From contig NC_082709.1 of NCBI RefSeq assembly GCF_030144855.1, positions 125,240,001-125,304,000 of the forward strand: DNA of 64,000 bases. The letters run 5' to 3'. The notes beneath the pieces are model-generated. The model saw only the letters and a program-made list of their open reading frames with translations, ran no database searches and was not told where the DNA came from. Shown here one piece after another: positions 12,330 through 27,303 of this stretch (its first letter is position 1; each line of letters starts with the position of its first letter). Source of the DNA: Hypanus sabinus (Eukaryota). Position numbers and translations under genes: made by a program.

Positions 12330-13190
12330 AGGAACTAAGTGTGGGGAATTGTTTGGGAGGTGGAGAAAATAAATGTTTCAATGGGATCAAGGGCCTCAGA
12401 ACTGAAAGGAGTGGTTGAATGGAAATGGAGAGACTGAAGTCTCTAAATTTTGCCTTCCCAAAGCTTTCCAGAATTATTCCTGTGGATGGAGGGGAACAAG
12501 TGTGGCCCTCATTATCTAAGAAGGGAGGGGACTATTGATCTTTCAGATGAATACCAGTAATGGGAATGATGTTGTGGTCTTTTTTAATAACAAGAAACCT
12601 TGAAAAGAATAATTAGATTGAGCAGTTAGCAGTTATCTATGACAGAAAATTAATGTATTGAGTAATGTACAAGAGTACTTTAACTTGTGACTAGATGTAT
12701 AGTCAAGAAAATAACGGATGTGATGTGCTTAGGTTTTTAGAAAGCTTTCAGTAAAGTACCACACAGGGCTTAGATCACATGAAATGAGAATTGGTTATCA
12801 CACTAAAAGTGAAGTGGGAATAAGTTCATCTTTTTCATTTGGCAGTATGTGACTGTTGGGCATTGAAGGTATCAGTGCTTGAGATCTAACTATTCACAAT
12901 CATTGATTTGGCTATGAGGATCAAATGTCATATTTCCAAATTTGCCATGATACAAAACTAGGTGGGATTATGAGTATGAAGATGAGTGTAAAGTGGCTTC
13001 AAGGAGATATAAAGACGAAGAATAATGAAGCAAGGACATGGCAAATAGAATATAATGTGGAAATTGTAAAGTCATCCAAGCTGTGCACAAAACAGAAAAG
13101 AAGGCATTTGAAGTGACAAGGAATCTGGAATTAGGGTCATATGTTCAGTGGGCCATTTAAATTCAAAGTGAGAGATTTCTTCTCTCAGAT
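12330..13190 (+). mobile_element. Highly decayed CR1 RT fragment
   Basis: Remnants of FQKAFxKVPH and SKF..DTKLGG (ORF 12925-13116). Confidence 0.55.
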
Positions 13191-13818
13191 TTTTAATAAA
13201 CAATGTTGATGATAATTGATTGACCTGCATAAAGAAACTTCTACCCTTTTCATTTGAGGCATTGAATACCCTGGATTATAGTTTACACACTGCATTTAAC
13301 CTTAATAAAGATTGAAAACAATCATTATAAAGGTATGGATTTCATTTAGCTCTTAACAGATATGTTAATCATGTTGTACTTGTAGTAACAAAATGGCAGT
13401 TTTGTCTGTAACAAAATGGAGCCTGTATTGTACCAGGGTACTTTGCTAACAGTGTTCATGCAATATTATGCCAATAGGACCTGAGTCGTTGACAAACTGC
13501 AGACCCAGAAGTTTTGATTACTGGAAGAATGCCAGCAATGATAAGCAGATGTACAGAATGCCCATGAAATGAAGCTAACACTTGGGCATAAAGGAGTGAC
13601 AATGCTGTCTGTTTCTTCAAAGCTATCACCAGCTCTTGTGTAGTGATGGTCTTCCCTTGCAGCAAGTAAAATAACTGTGTTTATGATTAATCTACTCTAA
13701 ATTAATTGTTGTTTGCTGCAAGACGTAGCAAAAAGGTGCTCAACAATGGTAACATTATAACCTGTACTGGAAATGTCTGATCAAAAAAAGGGTTACAATT
13801 ACCACAAAAAACTCTAAA

Positions 13819-13824
13819 TTTATT
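13819..13824 (-). terminator. RWDD2B: Candidate RWDD2B polyadenylation signal AATAAA (second candidate at 14097-14102)
   Basis: AATAAA on the minus strand ~430 nt after the stop codon, followed by a U/GU-rich tract. Confidence 0.5.
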
Positions 13825-14255
13825 CAAATTTAATAACAGGTATATAAAACTGACAAGAGTACTTTTAATAACCCATTTTGAAAAATTAGATTCCCTTAAC
13901 TGTTAATCGAATACTGTTTAAAAATTAATTAGATTTCCAGCAAAGTTGGATTGTAATACAAGTATTCTTTGACTTACAAAAGTTTAACTCCACAGACTTT
14001 TTAGGCTGCATGTTGATTTACCAACTATTGTTCAGTATAATGAATAGCATGTCAGTCTCTTTGCACAGAAAAAGTGTACCAAAATTCCCATAACACTTTA
14101 TTCAGCCTTTTCAATTTATAAATCAACACCTCACAAAATGTTTTTCAGAAACAACCCTTTTGTAAATTTATGACCATCAGAGAATAACGGGGTATACTTA
14201 AACAAGTCTCTTTTTCTCTTGGTATAGTAAACAATCATTTATACCCACAATTGAT

Positions 14256-14609
<354 letters not shown>

Positions 14610-15242
14610 TCAACCTGTTTCCTGCCTTGTTGTAGAAACAAGTAAGCACCAAAGTTCAACCAGAAGCTGTACAGCCTCCACTCACCACTTGCCCAAAGTA
14701 CACAAGTTCCCTGCCCAATGTTGCAGACATTAAATATTGATACAATATCTTTTAGATTTCATATACAAATTCAAATGAAAATGCAGTATATTCATAAATC
14801 CTCTCTGATGTTTCATCCAAAAAATCAAAAGTTAAACACAATTTGCCTCTGATAAATACAAGATTTCATCTATTAACCTTTAATTTTACAAGTCTCAATT
14901 TATTTTAATCCAAATTAATGCCTTTAATTTTTCAAACATTAAGCTAAGAAGCAGAGGTATCCTAAGTAAAAACGATATAATAGCACAAACACTTAAAGCA
15001 ATATTACATCATGCATTGTGGATCCTAGTGTATGAATTGCATTAAGTCCACTAGGATATACTGCAAAGAATCAGGATAGAGAAAAAAGTAATTTTGCTAA
15101 GTGAAATTAATACAAAAGTAGGAGGCACTTATATAGAGCACTGGTGAAATCACATCTGAACTATTGTATACAGTATTGTTCTCCTTATTTAAAGAGGGGT
15201 GTGAAAGTGTTGGATGTGGTTCCTAGAAGTTTAACTAAATTA

Positions 15243-16062
15243 CAAGATGGTGGCACAATGCAGCTTGCAGCGGCCACTCCAGAGCTGATTATCTGTGAAG
15301 TGGGGTGCCATGCACAATCATAATCGATTGAAAACGGATGTGGGAGCACGGAGGAACATCTGGAAATCTCCAGGAAGACCTTCTTCGTTGCTGCTGCTGC
15401 TGTGAGGTCAGGGCCGTCTTAATACGCTCGGCAGAGGATGGTGCTTGGAGAAGCTGTGCCGGAGGGGATGGTCATCAGCTTGGAGGTTCGACAGACTCAG
15501 AGTCTGCTGCGGTCAGGTCGCTTTCGGTGTGTGCTACGTCTGCGAGGCTGGGTTTGACGGAGTATTCATAGTGTGCTGTGTCTGCGAGGCTGAGTCAGGC
15601 AGCGCTGTGGAAGTCCATAGCGGGGGTATTCCCTTCTGCCGCCGGCATGGAATGGCGAGTCTGTTGGGACCCTGGGGACTTGTGGAAACTGTGTGGTGAT
15701 TTCTTTTGAACTCATAGTCCTTTAACATCTTTGGACTATTTTTACTGTGCCCATGGTCTGCTTTTTATCAATTATGCTATTGTTTGCACTGTTGTAACTA
15801 TGTGGTTTTGTACAGGTCTTGTAGCTTTAGTTTTTGGTCTTGTTTGTCTGGTGGATTTGGAGCTCCATTCCGGGGAACGTGCTAAGACGGTAGCGTGATA
15901 TTAATACGCAGCAGTCTCTTCGGACTCTGGATTGGAGATTGCCAAACGTTATGTGGATTTTCTGTTGTAGTCTGTTTTGTCATATGCTTTTATGATATCA
16001 TTCTGGAGAACGTTGTCTTATTTTTTAACTGCATTGAATTTGTGATTTCTAAATGAATCTGA
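15243..16062 (+). mobile_element. Non-autonomous ~820-bp retroelement inserted in an old CR1 (~15090-16380)
   Basis: Starts CAAGATGG, GC/CpG-rich 5' half, AT-rich 3' half ending TGAATCTGAA like Rex-type tails. CR1 sequence resumes on both sides. Confidence 0.55.
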
Positions 16063-17319
16063 AATTGGAAAATGGGTTGTGTTATGAGGAAAGGTTGAAC
16101 AGGCTGGGTTGCTATCCAGTGAAATTTAGTATAGTGGGAGTTGATTTGATCGAAGCACAAGGTGTTGGGCGTTCTTAAGAGGGTCAATGTGGAAGTGGTA
16201 TTTATTCTTGTGGTAGAATCCAAAACTCATTGTCTCTGGTTTAAAACAAAATATTTAAATCAAAAATGGGCTGATTTTTTTCTCTGCCAGAACCCGTCTT
16301 TGGAATGCCTTTCCTTAAATGACGGTGGAAACAGAGCCCATGCATATTTAGCACTGCAGGTGGCCGGCTCCTGCTTCTAATTCATGTGTTTGATAATTGG
16401 AGGGCACGGTCAGAGTATGCACAATGTTCACCTTTTCTCGCCCAGGTGCTTTCTATCTAGAATTAGATATCTTTTTTTGTGAAAGTTGCCAACCTTGTAA
16501 CTAACTGTTGTTTTATCCTATCCAATACTGTTGTTACCAATTTCTTTACTGTTATATCATACCGCCTTTTCTCAGAAGAATATGCATACGTACGTACTTA
16601 ATTGCATTGGACCTTAACTCACTCCTTCTTTTGATTACTATTTCACTGTTTATAGATGCTCTTAAAATGTATCTTCCGTGGATATAAAACAAATGTGTTG
16701 CTTGTTTGTTATGAGATTTCAAATTTGAAATAAAAATACTCAATGATGAAAGTACTCAACAGATTAGTCAGATCCATAGACAGGGAAAATGTTCAGGTCA
16801 ATTACTTAGCATCAGAATCTTGAGAATTGGTGAGCATTCTGAAATATTTCAGATCTGTAATGTTAACTCTGTTTTTCTCTCCCCAGATGCTACCTGAACT
16901 TCGCAGCATTTTCTGTTTTTATTTCAGATTTGCATCACAATATTTTGTTTCTCAAATTCTCAATGTGGATTCCCTTTCTTTCCTCCTTGTGGAGATATAT
17001 CAAGCCTATATCTTAATCTCCCAACTTCAAATTAGTATTTAACCTGAATAACTGATTTTAGCTCACTTGCATTAGAATCATTAAATCGTTGAAATTATCT
17101 CTCCTTTAGTCAAAAGTCTCCTTCTCCTTTTCATGCTCCATGCTCCAAAACTTAATCTACCCCTGCTTTCTAACACATGAAGCTGAAAACATAATTTCAT
17201 AAAACCAGCCCATTCCTATGGATGGCAGAAGAGCGATATGGACTACTGGTTTGAATGGTGGAGAGTAAAACAGTTGAGAGAGGATTATCTTTATTTATTA
17301 TCCATTACAATCCTCATAG

Positions 17320-18022
17320 AGGGATCAGAAGAGGAGAGAGTGAACAATTTCAAATTCCTGGGTGTCAATATTTCTACATTGGTCTAATCTGGTCCTAACA
17401 TATTGATGCGGCTATAAAGAAAGCAAGGCAGTGGCTATATTTCATTAGAAGTTTGAGAAGGTTTGGTTTACCTCTAAAAACACTTGAAATCTTCTGCAGA
17501 TATTCTGTGGAGAGCATTATGACTGGTTGTATCACCGTCTGGTATGGGGGGTGAGGGTGGTGGCTACTGCACAGGATTGAAGTAAACCGCATAGAGTGGT
17601 AAAATCAGTCAGCTCCATCATGGGTACTAGCCTCCATAGTATCCAAGACATCTTCAAGGGGCAGTGCCTCAGAAAGGCAGTGTCTGTCATAAAGGACCCT
17701 CACCGCCCAAGACATGCCCCCTTCTTATTGTTACTAAGAGGAAGGAGATACAAAAGCCTGAAGGCACACACGCAACAAATCAGGAACAGCTTCTTCCCCT
17801 CTGCCATCTAATTTCTGAATGGACATTGAACCCATGAACACTACCTCACTACTTTTTAAAGTTACAGTTTTTGCACAACTTATTTTAATTTACTTAAGTA
17901 ATATACCTATAACTTAATTACAGTAAGTTTTTTCTCTCTATTATCATGTACTGCATTGTACTGCTGCTGCAAAGTTAACAAATTTCACAACACATGCCGG
18001 TGATATTAAACCTGATTCTGAT
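17320..18022 (+). mobile_element. Rex1/Babar-type LINE 3' fragment
   Basis: RVNNFKFLGV, ESIMTGCITVWYG and NSFFPSAI; tail GATATTAAACCTGATTCTGA. Confidence 0.8.
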
Positions 18023-18480
18023 TTACAAGTTGATTAATGTATGAGTAAAGATGCCATTAAGTACAGCTAATTATAGGGTTGGCCTTAAGTGTATGCACAT
18101 ATATTTGAATATAGGAATTGTGTGTTTTGTTGAAGGCTTCCCCTCCCACACCCAATGGGAAGAAGGACTAAAATTCAAGGTCTAGAGTTCTGGAAACAGT
18201 AAGAAGTACCTAGAGATAAGAAAACATATACTTTCCAATTACTAAAGTACACAATAAAAAAGTGTCACAGTAGAGTTCAACTTCAGATTTAGATTATATT
18301 AGATTAACTGTAATCTAAATATCAATATTTAACTGTTGAAAAGTTAAGGAAATGCTAATACTTAATGCTATTTTAATTATGACTTATCTATTCTGAAAAC
18401 CTATTATGAGGAATATATTTATCGATAATCATGTGCCCTGATGAACTACTCGATTAATTCCGAAGAAATAGTGTAGACTA

Positions 18481-18876
<396 letters not shown>

Positions 18877-20101
18877 TTACTTGAAATCCAAGTTACCACA
18901 TTTAAAGCACTTCAAGACATAGAACAATTAGCTGAACATATTTTCTCAATTCAGCTTCTAAAGGAAGAAAGCAACCTTTGTATGCATGTTTTACATTGCA
19001 GAGCTTTTCTCATATTGGTGAAGGAACTGCTAAGGTACTGCGTTTGTCAAAAGGTTTTTTTAAAGGAAGTAAACACTTGAATGTTGACTGCTTAACAGAG
19101 TTTATATAACTCTGAAAATCCTGTTCCTGGTTGTGAAATTTGACACAATTTTCCAGCAAATGTGTTTTTTTTTAATTCAAAGCTATCAGTTCTTTTAAAA
19201 ATATTTCCAATTGTGGTTCTCTGGTAACAAAAGCTGTATAATGGAAACCTGCAAATGTAGAGTTAGTATGGTTTCTCTACAGCAATCAAAATGTCAGACA
19301 GAAATTATTGCCCAGGCAGCAATCGACATTTTTCTAACATTGGTTCCAATGAATCATCCTCAAGAAGGGTTTAAGGCCCTATAAAGATTGTTCAGACAAT
19401 GTATGTTCTGCCAAGGTCAACCCTTTAAGGAGGAGATAGTTAAGCATCAAAACTTTGACTCTGGGAAAGTGACAACATCCACATCCATTACATGTGTTAT
19501 GCAAATTACTTGAAATTTAATATCCCTCACTCTCAACTATTTAAAATGATTAATGTTTCAAAACAATTTACACATCACATTATACTGGAATTTTTCAATT
19601 AACACATCAGCCTGCATATTTGTTAAACTGTTTCTGCATTTTGCTTAGCTTATAATTTTAATAATTGAGGGAAAGAGGTGGAATGAGTAAATTAGATTGC
19701 AGAGCAGTGCAACAATCAAAATGGTGCTGCAACTGTAATCTAATTAGTTAATTCTTGGTACGATAACTATCTGGACAATATGTAGAGCCATGAAATTCTA
19801 TGCTTTACTGATTATTCTCAGAGTTCATGATCTCAAATGTGTTTCTTAATGACACAAAAGGTCATGCACTTCTCAAAAGGGAGCAAGATATCGAGTCTAA
19901 GTATTATTTAGAGTGAGCAAGCAGTTGAGCTTACATTTCAATGACAGCTTCACCAATATAACAGTTTTCTATTTGACTGAAACATAGAGTAAGAAAGGAA
20001 CATGAAAGAGAAATGGGTAGAACAATGAAACAAATTAAATCATTAATCTGTCTCCACTACAGTTAACAAAGTAGCCTCCAGCAAAACTGACTCTACTGTA
20101 C

Positions 20102-20169
20102 CTTATTGAAATTTCTGGTAGTACAGATGGATAATTTGGGGGAAAAACACAACATAATGCACACAATAC
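20102..20169 (-). CDS. RWDD2B: RWDD2B coding exon 2
   Basis: VLCALCCVFPPNYPSVLPEISI(R), containing the RWD YPxxxP motif. 68 nt, acceptor ttttttttcag, donor AG|gtacag. Confidence 0.93.
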
Positions 20170-20274
20170 CTGAAAAAAAAGAAGACATTCATTGGAAGAA
20201 AATGTTTTATGTACAATAATCCAAAATAATCAGAAATTATCTTGTTTCATAAACATTTCTAAAGCAATACCGAC

Positions 20275-20466
20275 ATTTGGACCATCCAGATGAAGGCATA
20301 CAGTGTATTGTAGTCTTGATGTTGGTGAGCTCTGTGTCTTTCCTTGTATATAGTCTCTGAGATCGGCTAAAGCCAGCTGATCATCCACTGTAACTTCGTT
20401 AGGAAACATGCTGAAAAGAAGTTCCAGTTCAGACATCTGTGCCTCAGCATTAGCAGGACTGGACAT
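20275..20466 (-). CDS. RWDD2B: RWDD2B coding exon 1 (start codon; exon probably begins at 20498)
   Basis: MSSPANAEAQMSELELLFSMFPNEVTVDDQLALADL...HLDGPN, the start of the RWD domain. Phase-0 donor AAT|gtcggt; upstream acceptor tgttgtgcag. Confidence 0.9.
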
Positions 20467-21593
20467 TTTGAAAGAAATGTCTTCACAGAATAGGAAAGCT
20501 GCACAACAGAAGTGAATATGTTGTATGTCAAAAAAAATTATGTAATTGCAACAATCCCAATGTGAATGCACATAAATAATTGCTGGCAGGATTACAACAA
20601 CTTAGATAGTAAAATTTAAAAGTTGTTTTGTATGCTTTTAACTTGACAACTCTCTCACCAATCTTCTATTGGCAATTTATCAAAACTTTAAAGCTCTAGA
20701 TCTTCATTCATTAAAATAAACACAGTTTTAGGTTCAAATGAAATAACATTTCTCATTTCATTTTCAATCTTTTTTTTATTAATTTTCCAATGAGAAAAAA
20801 ATACAAATCAGAGGAGAAGTTTTAGCAAACACATAATACAAAAAATGTAGAAACAACAAATATATATATACTGTCAAGGTCAATTAAATATAAAGTTAAG
20901 CTATTGTATATAGTATCACAAGAAACCACAACTCCTCTTGACAAATAGTAAAGAAAAAAAAGATTGGAAATTTTATTAATAAAGAGGAAAAAAATCCCTG
21001 CTAAACTAAACTAAAAAAAAATAAAATAAGATTGGGCAGTCCATTTGAGGATAAAACAAGAAAAACAGAGAAAACATCCTTCCAGTCACCTCCGAACCTT
21101 CGCAGATAAGGAAAATTTTTTCCTTAAAAAATTTTTAAAAGAGAGAAAAAAATTAAATCATATGAAAAAATTGAATAAAAGGTCACCAGACTTGTTCAAA
21201 GTTAAAAGATGTGTCAAACGTCCGGCTTCTAATTTTCTCCAAACTTAAACAGGACATAATGGAAGAGAGCCAGTTAAAGACAATAGGTGGGTTAGAATCT
21301 TTCCAGTATAACAAGATAGCTCTCCTAGCCAGTAAAGTTGAAAAGGCTGTCACATGTTGAGCGGAAGCAGGAACTCTTCCTGTTTCCTCTGGAATAATCC
21401 CAAAGATTGCCATAAGTGAACTGGGTTGTAAATCCACACCTATAACTATAATATTCTAAACACTTCCCTCCAAAAATTATTTAACTTTACACAGGACCAA
21501 AACATATGAGTTAAAGTAGTCACCTCAGCGTTGCATTTGTCACAGGTGGGGCTTATATTAGAAAAAAATATGCGCTAATTTATCTTTTGACAT

Positions 21594-22846
21594 TTGTCTG
21601 ACGAATTTTTTGAGGATGTAAATAGTAGAGTGGATGGGGAGAACCAGTGGATGTGGTATATTTGGACTTTCAAAAGGCTTTTGACAAGGTCCTACACAGA
21701 TTAGTGTGCAAACTTAAAGCACACGGCATTGGGGGTAGGGTATTGATGTGGATGGAGAATTGGTTGGCAAACACGAAGCAAAGAGTGGGAATGAACAGGA
21801 CCTTTTCAGAATGGCAGGCAGTGACTAGTGGGGTACCACAAGCCTCAGTGCTGGGACCCCAGTTGTTTACAATATATATTAATGATTTAGACGAGGGAAT
21901 TCAATGTAGCATCTCCAAGTTTGCGGATGACACGAAGCTGGGTGGCAGTGTTAGCTGTGAGGAGGATGCTAAGAGGATGCAGGGTGACTTGGATAGGTTA
22001 GGTGAGTGGGCAAATTCATGGAAGATGCAATTTAATGTGGATAAATGTGAGGTTATCAACTTTGGTGGCAAGAACAGGAAAACAGATTATTATCTGAATG
22101 GTGGCCGATTAGCAAAAGGGGAGGTACAGTGAGACCTGGGTGTCATTGTACACCAGTGATTGAAAGTGGGCATGCAGGTACAGCAGGCGGTGAAAAAGGC
22201 GAATGGTATGTTGGCATTCATAGCAAGAGGATTCAAGTACAGGAGCAGGGAGGTTCTACTGCAGTTGTACAAGGCCTTGGTGAGACCACACCTGGAGTAT
22301 TGTGTGCAGTTTTGGTCCCCTAATCTGAGGAAAGACATTCTTGCCATAGAGGGAGTACAAAGAAGGTTCACCAGATTAATTCCTGGGATGGCAGGACTTT
22401 CATATGAAGAAAGACTGGATCGACTGGGCTTATACTCGCTGGAATTTAGAAGATTGAGGAGGGATCTTATTGAAACGTATAAAATTCTAAAGGGATTGGA
22501 CAGGCTAGATGCAGGAAGATTGTTCCCGATGTTGGGGAAGTCCAGAATGAGGGATCACAGTTTAAGGATAAAGGGGAAGCCTTTTAGGACCGAAATGAGG
22601 AGAAACTTATTTACACAGAGAGTGGTGAATCTGTAGAATTCTCTGCCACAGGAAACAGTTGAGGCCGGTTTATTGGCTATATTTAAGAGGGAGTTAGATA
22701 TGGCCCTTGTGACTAAAGGGATCGGGGGCATGGAGAGAAAGCAGGTACAGGGTTCTGAGTTAGATGATCAGCCATGATCATACTGAATGGTGGTGCAGAC
22801 TCGAAGGGCTGAATGGCCTACCCCTGCACCTATTTTCTATGTTTCT
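21594..22846 (+). mobile_element. Young 5'-truncated CR1 LINE nested in L1 ORF2
   Basis: ORFs 21647-22132 and 22160-22636 (VYLDFQKAFDKV, SKFADDTKLG, RPHLEYCVQFWSP); (TTTCTATG)n tail. L1 ORF2 rejoins across it (RAH|MSKDKLAH). Confidence 0.93.
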
Positions 22847-25800
22847 ATGGGCCCTGCGTACTATCTTAAACTGAATTAAGGAGTGACGTGCACAGATAGA
22901 TGAATTATTAACTAGATAATAAATTTTACTCCATTGATCATCTGAAAGTGAACGTTGAAGTTCTATTTCCCAAGTATGTTTAACCTACTTGGCATCATAC
23001 GTACATTCATTAACTGCTTAAAAATAATAGCTATTAATTGTTTCTGAAATGGTTTAAGCTGAAAAATAGCATAAACCAAATTTAGTGAATAAGCCAATGG
23101 ATAGTTCAGTAAAAAATCACGTAAAAAATTCCTAACTTGCAAATATCTAAAAAAATGTGTACTAGATATATCATATTTATCCATTAACTGTGAAAAAGAC
23201 ATCAAACAATCCTCTAAAAACAAATCTAAAGAAGTTTTTATTCCCTTAGTTTTCCATATTAAAAAAGCCTTATCCAGAGTTGATGGTTTAAAGAAAAGGT
23301 TAGAATAGATATTACTAGAGAGTACAAAGTTATTTAATTCAAAAAATCTACGAACTGAAACGAAATTTTTAAAGTATGTTTAACAATAGGACTAAGACCT
23401 TGTCTACCTGTCCTGGAGAACAAAAAAAAGAAGAGGAACTCCTAGTAAAGAAGCTAAAGAAAACCCCCTTACTGAATTCTCCTCCAAATGTAACCATGAA
23501 GGGCAATCCTGGTTATCTACACCATAAATCCAGAAGGTGATACAACGAATATTAATTGCCCAATAATAAAATCTAAAGTTTGGTAGCACCAGTCCTCCAT
23601 CTTTTTTTTGATTTTTGCAATAAAAATTTATTCACTCTCGAGCTTTTATTATTCCAAATGTATGACAGAATCATGGAATCTATTCTATCAAAAAACATTT
23701 TCGGGACAAATGATGGAACCCTTTGAAATATACATAAACATTTTGGTAAAATAACCATTTTTATAGCATTTATTCGACCAATTAATGACATCGACATAGG
23801 TGACCATTTAGAAAGTGCTTGTTGAGTATATTCAATTAGAGGGGAAAAAATTATACTTTTATAGGTCTTTAAAATTTTTAGTAATTTTAATACCAAGGTA
23901 AGTAAAATAGTTTTTAGCAATATTAAAAGGTATTTGATCATAATAATCAGAATAATTATTAATAGGAAATAGTTCACTTTTATGAAAGTTGAGGTTATTT
24001 CCAGAGAAAATACTAAATTCTGTAAATATAGATAACATAAAAGGAATAGACTTTCTAGTGTCTGAAGTGTAAACTAATAAATCATCCGCATATAATGAAA
24101 CCTTATGTAATTTATCCCCTCTCTTAATACCCTGCACAGAATTAGAATCCCTAAGAGCAATAGCAAGTGGTTCTAAAACCAAATTAAATAATAAAGGATT
24201 GAGAGGTCAACCCTGACGAGTTCCTCCATATAATCTAAAATAAGGAGACTTTTGATTATTAGTTATAATCGCAGCCACCGGGGCTTGATAAATCAGTTTA
24301 ATCCAGGAAATAAATCCTGGACCAAAATTAAACCTCTTCAAAACCTGAAACAGATAAGGCCACTCCACCCTATCAAAAGTTTTCTCTGCATCCGGAGACA
24401 CAATACATTCAGATTCTTTGAATGAGGGGGAATAAATGATATTTAACAGTCTTCAAATATTAAAATGTGAGTAGGCAAAATATTCTCAAGTCTATTGGCT
24501 AGAATCTTAGAGAGAATTTTAAAATCTACATTCAGCAAAGAGATAGGTCTATAGGATGCACATTCTGATAAATCTTTTCCTTTTTTAGGAATCAATGAAA
24601 TTAATGCCTCATAAAAAGTTTTCGGAAGATTCCCAGAGGGTATAGAATCAGTAAAAGTTTGACGAAGATGTGGTATAAGTATTTCATGGAAAGTCTTGTA
24701 AAATTCCACCATATAACCATCTGGTCCCGGAGCTTTCCCTAATTGCATAGAGGATATAGCTTTAGCTATTTCCACTTGTTTAATAGGTGCATCTAATATA
24801 TCAACATCCTGAGTTGAAATTTTGGGTACACTTAATTTTTGCAAAAATGTATTCATAATAATAGTATTGTCAGAGAATTCAGATTTATAAAGATTAGAGT
24901 AGAAATCCATAAATATCTTAATAATTTCATAAGGATCTAAGGTTTCAGTTCTAACTGGTCTATGAATTTTTAAAATCTGTCTTCTAACCATACCAGCCTT
25001 TAACTGACCAGCCAAAAATTTACCTGACTTATCTCCATGTATATAAAATAGTCTTTTAGATTTAAGAATTGGCTGTTCGATGGGAAAGGTCAGAAGCAAA
25101 TCATATTGTGATTGAAGTTCAACCCTTTCTTTATGTAGGCCTTCAGTAGGTTTAACTGAATACACTTTATCTATCTCTAATTTTATTAGTAAGCACTGAC
25201 AGTTCCATTTTAATTTTCTTTCTTAAAGCTACTGAGTATGAAATTATCTGTACCCTAAGAAAAGATTTCATCATGTCCCATGTAACCAAGTTTGACATTC
25301 CTTCAGTTGTATTAAATTTAAAAAATATAGAAATTTGCTCCTTAATAAAAAATAACAAAAGCTGGATCCTGTAACAACATGGGATTCAATCTCCTCTGTA
25401 ACATTTTCAAAAAGCTATCAGAAAGCTTCAGGTTTAATTTCAAAGGCACGTGATCTGACAAGGCAATGATGTCATACGCACACTCAACAACGGAGTTTAA
25501 CAAATGTGTGACTGGAAAAAAGTAATCAATTCTAGAGTATTTATGATGAACATGTGAAAAAAAATCTTTGTCGTTAGGTGTTTATATCTCCAGATATCGA
25601 CCAGGCCATATTCTAGTAAACAAGAATTAATACAAGCCGCCGCTTTATTAGGAAGCGACGGATTGGTTGATGACCTATCAATTGCCGGGTTCAGACAGCA
25701 ATTAAAGTCACTGCCCATGATCAACATATTCATTCAAATTTGGTAGCTCAGACAAAAAGCTTCTTAAAAAATTCAGGATTATCTACATTAGGTACATATA

Positions 25801-27303
25801 CACACACCAAAGCTACATTTTGATCGCATAATAAACCAGTAACAATTAAATATCTTCCAGTCGAATCAGTAATAGTATTGAAATGTACAAAAGGGATTTT
25901 GGAGTTAACAAATATAGATATTCCTCTAACTTTATTAGTCGATAAAGAGTAGAAAAAAAGGTCCTTTCCAAAATTTGAAAAAACTGTCCTCATCCTGTCT
26001 CCATATATGATTTTCTTGCGCAAAAATAATATCTGTGTTAAATGTTTTTAATTTCTTAAAAATCTTTTTACGCTTAATTGGATGATTCACACTGTTCAGA
26101 TTCCGAGATTATATTAATTTTATTAACATCCATGTTTAAAATTTAATTTAATATTCTATAAAGAAAACTATTGCACAAGCGCAGATTGATCCAAAAGGTA
26201 CGGATATGAGTCAAAGGAATGACATATTTGTGAAAAAAATTCCCATCAAAAGAACCCCCCAATCGAGAAAGAAAACCTATTCTAATAGCTCCCCCCAACA
26301 AAGCCAGAAAAACAGCAACCAATAGGCTGGTCGCATGCTAACCTAATGACCCTTGACCCTATCCTCCATTTTGCAGCTATGTATATTAAAATTAAAACAT
26401 TAATCCCATCCAATTTAGCCATAATAAAAGGGACAAACAAATTTCAAATACTGCAATGTTATGTCTAACAGTAATAAAAACATAACTGGTGATGACCATC
26501 TTAAATTCATCTAAAGTATATTAATCACATATTCAAAGACAAGTAAATCCAAGCAATTAATATTGCAACTGAAGTTCTTTCTTTCAAAACGAATAAAAAA
26601 TAAATGAATATATATAAAACAAACCTAAAACTATATTAATGTTGAAACAAACAAAAAATAATAAGAAGAATAGTTCACGGCAGTTCCTATATGGACCTCT
26701 ATAGTATAATACTCTAAGAGTTCCCTACAAAACAATTATAAGTATATACTAATTATTAATGAGTAAAAAAAAATTAATCAGCCACATCCCATACCAGAGA
26801 TTCAAAAAGCATAGAATAAACTTTATTCAGGGCATCTATAAACATCTCATACATCAGAATTACATATTCAGCAATCGGCTTAACTTTAAGATTTTTATTG
26901 TAGTCCCATCCCTCCTGGGGGGAGTAGATTCTCTGTGACTGAGACCCTTCAGGAAAGATTATCAGCCGTGCTGGATGCCACAGAGATGGATGTAAATTTA
27001 GCTTATACATTTCGCTCATAACTTCTCGGTATTTCCTTCTTTCGGCAAAAATCTCAGGAGGAAAATCTTCAACTATACGAATCTCTGTTGACTTGAAGAT
27101 TATCTTTCGTTTTCTTCTGGCCTCTCGAAGTACGACTTCTTTGGTTGTATAATAATGCAAACAAAGTACGATTGCCCGAGGATGCAATTCAGATGAACGC
27201 CGAAAACTTGGAAGTCTATGGACCCTATTGAGTAAAGGGCTAGCTTCCAGAGTCTCACTAAAAAGTGAGTACAGCATGTCTAAGAACTTTAACAGAGCAC
27301 CAG

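Noticed and set aside
21647-22636. Domesticated reverse transcriptase gene
   Set aside because: 5'-truncated CR1 with internal stops; the long ORFs reflect young age only.
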